Shown here piece by piece: positions 1 to 21,726 of a DNA stretch of 64,000 bases (position 1 is its first letter; every line of letters starts with the position of its first letter). The stretch lies in the NCBI GenBank assembly GCA_051294375.1, contig CM119267.1, positions 5,006,619 through 5,070,618 of the forward strand. The letters are read 5' to 3'. A program made the translations under genes and the position numbers. The notes below the pieces were generated by a model. That model searched no databases. It was not told the origin of the DNA and worked only from the letters and a program-made list of their open reading frames with translations. The stretch comes from Paraspadella gotoi (Eukaryota > Animalia > Chaetognatha).

Positions 1-1310
1 TTCTCATAAAATTGTTTGCTTCATCCTCCTGACAGAGAAAGAACAGATAGTACCCAAAAAATTGACGTAAATCAGCTTTGGCGCTAAATCAAATCTTTCA
101 AAAGTCACACTAATTGAAACTTAACGATTAAAAGTACACTTCCTTAGGCCTAATAGTAAGGTAAAACCATCGGAAATGAGAAAATCTGAGTTTTTAATTT
201 ATGTGCAAGAATAAACCCAATCTAAGAACCTTATAACATGTATTTAAAAATGTATTTAAATAATAATTACTGAAAAATATACATTGCCCTCAAAATTCGT
301 AAATAAGTATGCTAGTCGGAGATATGCATAAGTTTCACCCACGACCTGATAAAACTAATTGAATACCTGACACCGTCGTGTCCACGCATGGAACCACCTG
401 AGGGTAAAACCATCAGCAATCATAACCACGAGGACAGCCGTAAGCCTCGCTAGGGGCGTAGAAAACCCATTCAGCCTGGTTCCAAGCCTCGGACCCGAAT
501 TAACAGATAAGAGCTGCTAGACGTAGGGTTTAAAGCCCTCCATTAGCGAGTGTATTCCATCGTGCTATTTAAAATATAGTGAAAATATGATAAGAAAAAT
601 GTTATCTATGGACGAATATCAAGTTCGTTTTTCTTCCAAATGGTATGAGCGAGAAAGCACAAATTGAAAAGAAATAGTGAAAAAAAACATTATAAGAAAA
701 AATTCGCTATATATAAAAACGCTCAAAAAAGGATAGGTTGGCGTATAAGTGTAAATTAGTGTTTCGGGCCAAATCAATTTTGTAATTATATAAATTCTAT
801 TGACTTGACATTCGTCTACATTTACGATCAGAGCATTACGCGAAGAAAAGTCAGTCAACGTTGATGCTATCCAATGAATAAGGGTTTTCCTCTTCTTACT
901 TCTTCTTCCTTCTTCTTCCTCTCTTCTTTCTCCTCTCCTTCCATTCTCCTGAATAATTCATCTTCCATATTTTTTCGTTCCACCTTAAACATTTAGGGAG
1001 AGAATCGACGTCGAAACGCAAATCCCGACGGAATCGCGGGGAAAACAAATTTGGATCAAATTGGGACCGAATGTCGGACCCCCGGTGAATTCTGTTAATC
1101 TTTCACCGGTTTAGAATCACAGCTTACCTTCCGAAACTTTTCAACTTCGATAATCCTTTCGCATCGAATCCTTGTTCGACTTTTCCAGATTTTTTCACTG
1201 ATCCGATTTCTGACTCTCATTACGATCAATCCTCGTCTTTATTCAGGAATAAATCCTTAAAATCTAAACTTACAAACCGTAAGGATCATCTTTCACAGTC
1301 TTTGTTGGGC

Positions 1311-1626
1311 CATATTTTTCGAAACCGCCCGATATCAGGTTTTTCAGTTTTTTTTTTTTTTTTTTAAGTTTAAAGATTAGGTTAAAAGTGGGGGTAAGTT
1401 GTTTGGTTAAGGATTAATCTCAGGGATTTGGTTAGGGAGTAAGGTTAAGATTAGGGGTTAGGATTAGGGGATAATATTATGGATTAATGTTAGGGATTAA
1501 GGATTAAGGATTACGTTTGAGTAAGGGATTAGGTTATAAATTTTGAAAGAGATCAGGGTTTAATTTAGTATTAAGTTTAAGTTCAGTTATTGAAGAACAG
1601 AAATTGGGCGTTTACGGAAAATAGTG
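1311..1626. mobile_element. MITE-like element with imperfect ~28-bp terminal inverted repeats enclosing degenerate TTAGG(G)-like repeats
   Basis: Left catatttttcgaaaccgcccgatatcag (1311-1338) vs reverse complement of 1598-1626 (cactattttccgtaaacgcccaatttctg), about 22/29 identical by eye. The interior 1377-1560 has many ttagg/ttaggg/ttaagg variants. No clear TSD. Confidence 0.5.
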
Positions 1627-1930
1627 CTTTTTGTTGATCGTTCAAAACACTGCCAACGTCGATAACCCCTAGTTTCCTCGTCCCTCTTTCCCCCTAAAAG
1701 CCCACCCTTTACCCCTCTCTTTCTCCTCCCCCCCTTAATACGAAAGAGATAACCCCCCGGGGATTAGCAAGACGAGAAGTCTTTTCCCCGCGGGGAAGAT
1801 CGAGTTTAGACGGCGGAATCATTTCGCTTCTTAGTCTCAAAAAGAAAAAAAACCTTGTAATCCTTTCGGATAAATTCGTTTGCCGCCGGTAAGTGTATGA
1901 GGAAGAAGAGAGAGAGAGAGAGGAGAATGA

Positions 1931-1976
<46 letters not shown>

Positions 1977-1978
1977 TG

Positions 1979-2010
<32 letters not shown>

Positions 2011-3604
2011 AAGAGGTCATAAGGTAATAATAGCGCGGGAAAATGACGGCAAAGGCAATAGAAGAAGGTATCCCAGTCAAGAATTAGTTTGAAGGAAACA
2101 GTGCGGTGATTAGAAAAGTCACCGACCGAGCCCTTTTCATTTTTACTCGATCTCTTACACATTCGTGCTCGTCTTTAGCCTCTCTCCTCTGCTCTCTGAT
2201 CTCTGTTCTACTCTCATCTCTCTACTCGTCTCTCATTTGCTCAGAAAAAGCGAGGATCGATTCGGTTCTGTCACATGGTAGAGTTGTTAATTTCCCTCTC
2301 AACAGTTTCAAAAAGTTTGTTTTTTCTATTTTCGATAGATCCAAGCTTACCATTTTGCTACTTATCCTTTCTCATATTCAAAATGAGTTTAGGTGAGGGT
2401 GGACTCGTCTAGTTTTGGCGCAAAAACAACTGTACGACGACGACTAAACGATAATAAGTACATAGCGGAGGCCGAATATAAATTCAGTCGAGTTCAGCTA
2501 TAAACGATTTTATAAACTTACAAACTAAAAATTCACTATTAAGCAGCGTCAGAGGTAGCCAAATAATCAAAGCAGTAACGAATGACAACGTCCGGAAAAT
2601 GAGCAGTGTAATCACTACTAGTGATATATTATGTTACGAAAATAACTATCTTTAATATGCGAGGAAATCCAGCTTCTCTATCTTTTCCGCACGTGCTCTT
2701 TTGGCTCTTTATTATCTGACATCGAAATGCATCCATTCTAGGCGATCGACACGAACATCTTAGGCTCTTTCTTTTGTTTATTCTTAAGTACAGAATTCCG
2801 AAGGCAGTGTACAGCTGATTCTGATTGGTGCCCGTGATTTCGATAGATTTCGATTTAAGATTCTAATCGAATTCTACCCACGTCGGCATCTTCAGATCTC
2901 AAAGTTGTCACTGGGTTTTTAGTTCTTTTCAGAGCATAGAAACTCTTTTATCAGATATTCTCGGAATCTTATTTTTTGTGTGATCGGCTGGTTTGGTGGA
3001 CTTTTCTATGAAGAGAAGCATCTCTTTTTGGTTAATATTGGCTTCAGAAACAAGTAAGAAAGACACTTCTTAAAATTTATATATATTTGCTGAGTTTGTA
3101 CTAAATGTTTTGTTATTCCTTGCCGCAGGACTTCTAACAACTTAAGACTACACTTCTTCAGACTCACGTCAACATTTGTCAAATCCTGGGCTTCGTAGAC
3201 AGTCGTCATTTCGGCCTTAGCCGACGTCGTCTACTGAGACTTTGTCGTCAGCATCTCCAGGGCGTCTGGACCGGCGCCATCGTCTCTTCTGCGCCATTTT
3301 ACCCGATTCCATCTGGTCTTCAATGTGCAGAATTAGCCTAGTCAGTTAGAATTCAAAGACGCCACTTCTCCGAACTTAGTTCAATACATATCATATTAAG
3401 TTTAAACTATGATCATCACAAAAATAACAAAAAAACTAAAAAAAAAAATAAATACCTAAAAAACTCTATTTCGTTCATGGAACACTCATTGCATATGAAA
3501 TAATTAGAATATATCATGATGTTTCATACAAAACAATTTATTTAGCCCAAATATCAACAAGCAACGGTTATTTTCTCTCGGCCTCCGCTCTCTCTTTCAA
3601 CGCA

Positions 3605-3723
<119 letters not shown>

Positions 3724-3975
3724 GACTCGGCTTTCCTTCATAACCGGAGTCCGTTTTGCCGAACTGGATCGATGCCAGAACGATCTCCCTTTCCAGGCAG
3801 AAATAATGATCTCATTGGCCGAGACATAAAAGGCGAATCACCGCGCCGGCGCGACGCTGAGGTACCGGCGCTTATATTTTGGTCGTCGTTGTCGTTGTCG
3901 TTGTCGTCGTCGTTGTCGTCGTTGTGTTCGACAATATCGAAAGATCGTTGTTTTGATTGCGTCGTCGGCCATTTT

Positions 3976-4066
3976 GAAATTGGAACAACCAATATAAAAA
4001 TTATCCATTCATTTAATAAATAAGCCATCTTACCCCTGAATTTGGACAGGCTTTGGTGGTTTAAGG
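3976..4066 (+). repeat. Short (~90 bp) dispersed repeat, copy 1
   Basis: gaaattgg(a/t)acaaccaatataa...ccattcatttaataaataa...ttaagg recurs at 45092-45182 (+), ~58363-58426 (-) and ~61293-61388 (-). Confidence 0.7.
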
Positions 4067-5404
4067 CCTCCATCACTCTTACAAGATTATAATATTATTT
4101 ATAGCCTTTATCATTATTAGTTATTTTTCGCCTCGTCATCGTTGCCGGCTTTTATCTTTCGTCTCCGGGGTATTATTATCAAGTTTGTTGTTGTTGTTGT
4201 CTTCGTTGTTATTTTCACACTTTCCGTCGTTGTTCTTATCATTGTCAAGGAAACGGAAAGGAATGCAGTCGTAGTAAAAAAAGTTATCTTTACTTTTACA
4301 GTTTTTCTCTCTTTTTTTTTTCTTTTTTTTTTGGCTTCGAATTCCTTGAAACTCAAAAGAGGAAAACGAATAAAGACCGGAAAAAAAAAATTGTTGCGAT
4401 ACTTTCTTACTTTTCTTTCCGTTTATTTTTTGTTTCGTTATTTTCTATTCGATATTTTCCTGCTTTAATTTCTTTCCTTCTTTTTCCTTCTTTTTTTTTC
4501 TTACTTTTTTGGCTTTTAGGTCTTCGCCTACTTACGATGATTTTTTTTAAATCACTTTTTACTGGTTAGTTTTTTTTCACGCATCAACGCATCGTTTTAA
4601 ACTAGTTTACGATGTTGTATAAAATTTTCTACTCTGATCTTCTGTAACTTAAAAAAACCTTAAAGAAAAAGTAATAAAGCTTAAAATATTATTCGAAATA
4701 ATATTAATATTAATTATGTAAATAATAATAAATAGTTCGCATCCTTGAACTTTTCCAAGACTCGTTTTTTTGTTTTTTTTTTTTTTTTGTTTTTTTTGTT
4801 GTTTTTTTGTTTTGTGCCACAAAAATCAACGAAAAATCGAAAATTTTGTTTTTTTCGCTCGAATTCGATTTTGGAATCGGATCAAAATCCAATTGTGGCA
4901 GAGAGAAATAGAGAGAGAGAGAGAGAGAGGAGAGAGGAGAGAGAGAGAGAGAGAGATGAGGAGATCGAGAGAGAGAGAGGAGAGTGAGAGAAGTATTGTG
5001 TCTCCCAGGGGAGTTAGTCAGGAACAAGGTGAGAACTTAGAAGACAAGAGAGAGAGAGACAGAGAGAGAGAGAGAGTCTGAACTTTAGAGATGTAATTGA
5101 AATCTGAACCTCTATTTATCCTTCTCTCTCTCTCTATCTCTCTATCTCTCTCTCTCTCTCTCTCTTTCTCTCTGCCAATTTGCTTTTTGAAAGTTCCGTC
5201 TCCCCTTATCATCTTTAATTCCTGAAATATGTATCTCTTGCGGAAAATACTAACTCCAATCTCCTAATCCCATACACACTCTCGTCCCTATTGTAAAAGA
5301 ATGTGCCAGTGCCACCTCCTCCAAAAACCGGAAATGCCATCTTCTCGTGCTTAAACCCAGAGACGTCGAAGACCTTTCACTCACTCACTCTCGCCCGCGA
5401 GAGT

Positions 5405-5523
<119 letters not shown>

Positions 5524-6127
5524 CTCGCGCGGGACATTTTTATTAGAGAAGACGGGATAGGAGGCATTCGAGGGTTAGTTTTAGAGGGTTAAGGAGGGGG
5601 AGTGGGGCAGAGATAGAGAGGGACGGGGAGTGGGGGGGGGATGATGACTCGGGAGCGTAAAGCGGATGACCCTGGCGGCCGGAAGACGAAACTAATTCCC
5701 ACGGCCTCTGACTCTTAAGCGATGAAAATAAAAGGGGATCAGGCGTCGTACGTGGANNNNNNNNNNNNNNNNNNNNNNNNNTCTCTCTCTCTCGCTCTCG
5801 CTCTCTCTCTCTAACTCTCTCTCGCTCTCTCGATACGTCTCTGTCTCCGTCTTTTTCCCCGGAGCAAATAACCAAAGCCTTTTTCCCTTCGCACCTTTTT
5901 TCAGCTCCAGACGGGAAAGAGTGTCACCCAAAGATTGACCCCTCACTACAGGGTGAACCAAATTTTTTTCATTTTCTTTTCTTATCTTGGAAACCGTGGT
6001 TCGGATATTAATATATTTAGGCTTCAGTTGCTTTTAGTTTCAAGTTGTGTTGTACAACGATGTTCGAAATTATGAAATAAATTTAACACTGTACTTAGGT
6101 ATCTTGGTAAGAGAGATAGAAAGAGAC

Positions 6128-6177
<50 letters not shown>

Positions 6178-6799
6178 AGACGGAAGCAAGTAAGCGGGAT
6201 AGCAGCACCGCGACTGCAGCAGCGGCAGCGGTGGGAGATATCGAAGAAAAGTTAGGGTGAGACTGAGAGAACAGGTCAAAGATTCACTCACCATGGAGAG
6301 AGGGAGACAGAGACGATAGAGAGCGAGAAGCGCAAGAGCGAGAGGGAGACGTTTTTGTTCTTGAGAATGTAAAAACGGATGAAACACAGGAAGCTGAAAA
6401 AAATTAAAACAGTAAAATAAAAAAAATTAATGGTGAAGTCAAGAAATGTGAAACAATGAAGATAGTCGGTAACTGTTCAACGATATTAAAAACATTCACA
6501 ATCAAGAGAGGCCTAGTGAAGAGGAAAACGAAACAAAATATCTTTTAGAAAAAAAAATTAATTTGAAAAATCTGAAACAGCGGTAAAACCCGATTAGGAA
6601 AAATCGCGCGACAAAATCTTCAGAAATGAAAAGAAAAATGAGGACAAAGGAAAAAGATGAGAAAAAAAGAAAAGAGAAAAGAATAAGGAATAGGAAAAAA
6701 AGAAAAGGAAAAAAAAGGAAAGAAGAAAAGACTTAATCTGTTTTAGATGAAATCTTCGTCTCATCGCTAAGATGCGTCGCTCGCAAAGTCGTTAATCGT

Positions 6800-6836
<37 letters not shown>

Positions 6837-7047
6837 NNNNNNNNNNNNNNNNNNNNNNNNNNNNNNNNNNNNNNNNNNNNNNNNNNNNNNNNNNNNNNNN
6901 NNNNNNNNNNNNNNNNNNNNNNNNNNNNNNNNNNNNNNNNNNNNNNNNNNNNNNNNNNNNNNNNNNNNNNNNNNNNNNNNNNNNNNNNNNNNNNNNNNNN
7001 NNNNNNNNNNNNNNNNNNNNNNNNNNNNNNNNNNNNNNNNNNNNNNN

Positions 7048-7083
<36 letters not shown>

Positions 7084-7211
7084 TTCTTTTAATTTCTCCT
7101 AGATTCAATTGCGGTTTTCAACACTTGATAACCTTCATTCGTCTATACTATAGCTTTAATACTATATTTAATACTATATTTAATACTATAGCTTTAATTC
7201 TTTCTTGCTAT

Positions 7212-7265
7212 GAGCTTAGATGGTAGAGCGCTCGCTTAGCTCAGGATCGATACCCGAATTCTCTA
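7212..7265 (+). pseudogene. tRNA-Ala(AGC) pseudogene with internal deletion
   Basis: agcttagatggtagagcgctcgcttagc matches the D-arm and anticodon arm (through AGC) of eukaryotic tRNA-Ala(AGC). It runs directly into ggatcgatacccgaattctcta (Ala-type GGATCGA T-arm and 3' acceptor strand). The 3' anticodon stem, variable loop and 5' acceptor strand are missing. Confidence 0.75.
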
Positions 7266-7380
7266 TCGAGAGAATTCCCCTTTTATAAAATCCTTCTTAA
7301 AACATAATCTCGCTTCCCTTTTAATCTTTGGGTGTAAAATTTATAAACTTACGTTCTTTCGTCAACTACTTTTTACGTCA

Positions 7381-7452
7381 TCCTCGGTAGTATAGTGGTG
7401 AGTATCTTCGCCTGTCACGCGAGAGACCGGGGTTCGATTCCCCGCCGGGGAG
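7381..7452 (+). tRNA. trnD-GTC: tRNA-Asp(GTC)
   Basis: 72-nt cloverleaf: acceptor TCCTCGG/CCGGGGA, D-arm TAGTATAGTGGTGAGTAT, anticodon stem TTCGC/GCGAG with loop CTGTCAC, T-arm CGGGG-TTCGATT-CCCCG, discriminator G. A TTTT pol III terminator lies ~20 nt downstream. Confidence 0.96.
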
Positions 7453-7835
7453 TACGTAGTGCGTAAAATCGTTTTACTATTTTACAAAAAGGAAATGAGT
7501 CATAACCACGAGTGATAAATATGAACTTTAGGACTTGTGGAGTGACAAGAAAAATATAAGAGAAAGACAAAAGTTGTTTAAATTGAGGCGACCATCAGGA
7601 GAGAGGAAGTGTTTAGAGAGAGAGACCGGTGGTAAGTCGCCTCAAAACAAATAAATGGTTGTTTGACTTTTTCCCGTCGTTCCTAAATATTTTATGATTT
7701 AACAATGAGTTTTATTTACTTTGAGAAAAATTTTTCGAACACCGCTCAGAAAAAAAATCAATATTGTAGAGACGATTGACTTCTTACTCAGTAGAAGTCA
7801 AAGTAGAAGTCAAAGCAAAGTCAATTATATCCAAA

Positions 7836-7905
7836 ATGAAATTGTTTTTCGGAGCCCTGGCTCTTTGCTTGGCACTGACCGTGCAAGCAGTTGAACTTGA
7901 AGAAG
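7836..7905 (+). CDS. Secreted Cys-rich two-domain precursor, exon 1 (signal peptide MKLFFGALALCLALTVQA + VELEE)
   Basis: ATG in an aaaATG context, hydrophobic signal peptide ending VQA, phase-1 donor G|GTAGGT. Confidence 0.85.
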
Positions 7906-8143
7906 GTAGGTCACTAAGCAATATCGGCTGTAAACAAGTTTATAAAATTTTCATAATTTTTCGTACTTCACGTTTAATTTTATAATTTCCTTCGATAAAT
8001 TAAAAAATTAAATTTAACTAAATTTTATTTTTTTAATTTTAATTAAAAATGAGAATTATCTTTTATCGTTTTCATCGTATCCATTTATCCAATAACAAAA
8101 GCAGACAAAATAATCTTTTAAACTGCATCCGAACGACCTTTAG

Positions 8144-8434
8144 AGTTGGACCGAGTCGCTCGCGACGAGCTGGGGGATCGGCGCGACCGCCTCCGCGATT
8201 GCTTCGGCATCCAGCAGTGGGTGTGGCTCACGAAGGTCGACGACGCCGGCTTCGACGCTTGCGTCCACGACGTTCTTGGCGCACCCCAAGACAAGGTCCG
8301 GAAATACCGTAAATGCGTGGGGATTCGCAAGGGTTGGTACAAGGGCAAGACCGGGACGTTGAGGACCAGCGGAGACAACTTCTTTTCCTGCATGGTCAAA
8401 TCGGAGGCCTTCTGCCCACCGTCGAGGAGAGAGG
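8144..8434 (+). CDS. Secreted Cys-rich precursor, exon 2 (domain 1, 5 Cys)
   Basis: Acceptor ctttag at 8143; phase 1 is in frame with exon 1. GC-rich open frame ELDRVARDELG...CMVKSEAFCPPSRRE; donor G|GTGAGG. Confidence 0.85.
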
Positions 8435-8468
8435 GTGAGGCAAACGCTCTTTGATAATTGGATGTTTT

Positions 8469-8820
8469 GAGTTGCGTCGCGAGAACTCGCGGAGCAACTC
8501 TCTTAGTCACTTTTTGGTCGGTCGGTCGGTATGTCTGTCCGTCGGTCTGTCCCACTTATGTTAAAAATGCATATAATTCGCCTATAGTTTGTTGCTCATT
8601 TGTTAAAACCTAAAATCTAAGGGACTGCTAGCGCCGCCTTCAGGAAATCTTAAAACTATAAGGAATAAAAGACTCGACGCAGTGCATGTCATAAATATAA
8701 GGGCTAAGAAAGTTTTTTACTCATGTCATGTTATGTCATGTTATATCATGTGATCAAATGCAAATGCACGCGAAAATAAAGTCACTGCGGTGCAACACAT
8801 TGGCATCACCCTTCTTGTTT
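8469..8820 (+). mobile_element. HINE/DINE-1-like non-autonomous (Helentron-type) element in intron 2
   Basis: 5' nested palindrome gagttgc-gtcgcgag-aa-ctcgcgga-gcaactc, (GTCG/GTCY)n tetranucleotide tract, catgt repeats, ends cttgttt in a T-rich site. A clear second copy lies at 41837-42190. Confidence 0.7.
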
Positions 8821-9311
8821 TATAAATATGATTTTTTTGCATTATTCAAAATTCGATTATTATTACTTGACCACTCCTAATGTTTCTCAATTCTCGATCT
8901 CTCATCTTTCTTCCTTGTTTTAACTTTTATTTCTCTTTGACTTCTTTTCTTTACTCATCTTTCTCTTCTTTTGACTTTCCTTCTCTCTTTCACATCTTTC
9001 TTTTCTTTCTCTCTTTCTTTTCCGCTCACTACCTTCCCTTGTTTCATTTTTTTCCCTACTTCTTCCCTTTCTTTTAATCTCCTTTCCTTCTTTTTTCCTG
9101 ACTTTTTTCTTTTCTTTTTTCTTTTTCTTTTCCCTTCTTCCCTTTCTTTTCCTTTTCACTCTTCCCTCTTTCCTCATTTTTTCCCCCTTTTTTGCCCACC
9201 TCTTCCCTTTCTTTTCTTTTTTCACCCTTCCTCCCTTTCCTTCTTTTCCCCCCTCCTCTTCCCTTTCTTTTCTTTTTTCACTCTTCCTCCATTTCCTCCT
9301 CCTCCCTTCAG

Positions 9312-9523
9312 TCCTCGACATGGACGAAGAGATAGAAGAAGAAAAGCGCGGCCTCTTGGAACCGGATCAGATCTTCGCCATCGAGGATTGTCTCGGCAAC
9401 AAACGCAACAAATTCCTCACCAAAGTGAAGAGCAAAGCGGAATTCGCGAATTGCATCAAAAAAGTCTGCAAAAATGGAATGACTCACAAGCGAGGGGGTT
9501 TTGATGACGCGGCCATTGATCAG
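9312..9523 (+). CDS. Secreted Cys-rich precursor, exon 3 (acidic linker VLDMDEEIEEEKR + first half of domain 2)
   Basis: ~400-bp polypyrimidine tract then cttcag acceptor at 9311; phase 1 in frame; donor CAG|GTGGGG, phase 0. Confidence 0.85.
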
Positions 9524-9814
9524 GTGGGGGTGGTGCTAATGATGATGCTGACAATACTGATGAGGCCGGATTACACTATGATTATCCAGCCATTTATTAC
9601 AGCAAATTTGGAATACATGTGCTAATAAAATATTTAATGCGTAGTGATAGGCGACGGATTATTTTGTGGTCAAAACCTCCGTGAGACATGAACTGGTTCA
9701 TTGGATTTGAACGTCATTTCTAATTTGTAATGCGACTAAACAATCCAAAACTAATCCAATTCATTTTATTGGAAACAAATTGAATGAATTTCCATTGCCT
9801 CTCATTCCTATCAG

Positions 9815-9961
9815 GTGGCCAATTGCTGCAGTCTGAGCGTGAGCATGGGTCCGGGTCCCGCATGCGATTATCACGATTTCTTCAACAAGGTCAAGATGCT
9901 TTTTATGAACAATCGCGGGAAACTGGGATGGTGCATGAGGAGCACGGGGAGAAAATGCTGA
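9815..9961 (+). CDS. Secreted Cys-rich precursor, exon 4 (VANCCSLSVSMGPGPACDYHDFFNKVKMLFMNNRGKLGWCMRSTGRKC*)
   Basis: Acceptor cctatcag at 9814; phase 0; TGA at 9959-9961. The total CDS is 720 nt with no internal stop. Confidence 0.8.
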   Translation: MANCCSLSVSMGPGPACDYHDFFNKVKMLFMNNRGKLGWCMRSTGRKC

Positions 9962-10064
9962 AGTGGGGGTTCAGTTTACAATTTGGAAAGAAACGATTAC
10001 AATATGTAGTTGTGCATCAGCTTAATGTTTTAATTTCGCGCCACTAAAGATATCGCGAGGGTCA

Positions 10065-10070
10065 AATAAA
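10065..10070 (+). promoter_or_regulatory. Putative polyadenylation signal of the secreted-protein gene
   Basis: AATAAA ~100 nt after the stop codon. Confidence 0.45.
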
Positions 10071-10073
10071 TTT

Positions 10074-20648
<10,575 letters not shown>

Positions 20649-20673
20649 NNNNNNNNNNNNNNNNNNNNNNNNN

Positions 20674-20924
20674 GGAATGGAATGGAATGCTAATTAAAAA
20701 ATAAAATAAACAAATCTAAATGAAATAAAACTAAGGAAAGTAACGAGTTTGTTAAGGAAGGTGTAGGTGAGTCACTCAAACTACACGCATGCGACTATGA
20801 GTAGGAGGTTGCACAAATCGTTGGGGCAGGAGAAACAACATGGTAGATTGGTTTGCAACCGAACCGTCGGAATTGCTGAGAATTTATCGGGCAACTAAAC
20901 ATTGTTCTAATGCACGGATTCAAT

Positions 20925-21015
<91 letters not shown>

Positions 21016-21545
21016 GAGAGAGGGAGAAAGAACGAACTTGCCCGTAAACTGTGTCATTTGGTGAAAAAATCGAGGGTTGAAATCGGATCCCTCGTTTTTC
21101 GTCCGTGAAAGAAAAACCTTTTTACAAATCTTTTTTTTTTTTTCGTTTTTGTCAAGAAAACTCATGAATTGTATACATTGAAATTTTAATTTAGATTTCA
21201 GTTGAATATCTTTTTTGAATCAAGATTGAAAACAAATATATAACCATTATAAACGCATTTCCTTTCATGGATTTCGTAACGAAAGTTTACTCGGCGAATC
21301 GGCTCATTTCACATAATCATAATCACTTTACTTTTTTCTTCTAATCGCGTTTTCATAAACGTAACTTTTTTTTCGCGAAAAACTGCATTTATTTTTGTGT
21401 TTTTTTTTTTACAAATTTTTTTCGCCGAAAATTTTGACGTCGAGGAAAAACTCCGCCATTTTTTTTCTTTCGCCAGGGTTTTTTTTCCGCGCAATTATAA
21501 AAATCTGAATCGGAATTCTTTCGATGATAAAATTCTCAAAAAAAA

Positions 21546-21576
<31 letters not shown>

Positions 21577-21678
21577 AGAGAGAGAGAGAAAGAGAGAGGA
21601 GGAAGAGAGAGAGAGAGAGAGAGAGTCGTTAAAAAGAAATGGCGAGAAGAGAGAGAAGGAGAGAGAGAGAGAGAGAGA

Positions 21679-21726
<48 letters not shown>

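Noticed and set aside
1377-1560. True telomere or chromosome-fusion site
   Set aside because: The repeats are highly degenerate, short, single-orientation and enclosed by inverted repeats.
3130-3341. GC-richer island; a plus frame HVNICQILGFV is reminiscent of kinase subdomain IV, and a minus-strand GTGAGT donor is present
   Set aside because: No other kinase motifs or partner exons were found; frames on both strands are interrupted or ambiguous.
7836-9961. Insulin-like peptide (RR-acidic linker-KR-GLLE resembles C-peptide/A-chain GIVE)
   Set aside because: The chains are far too long and lack the insulin CC-x3-C-x8-C and B-chain CG-x10-C spacing.
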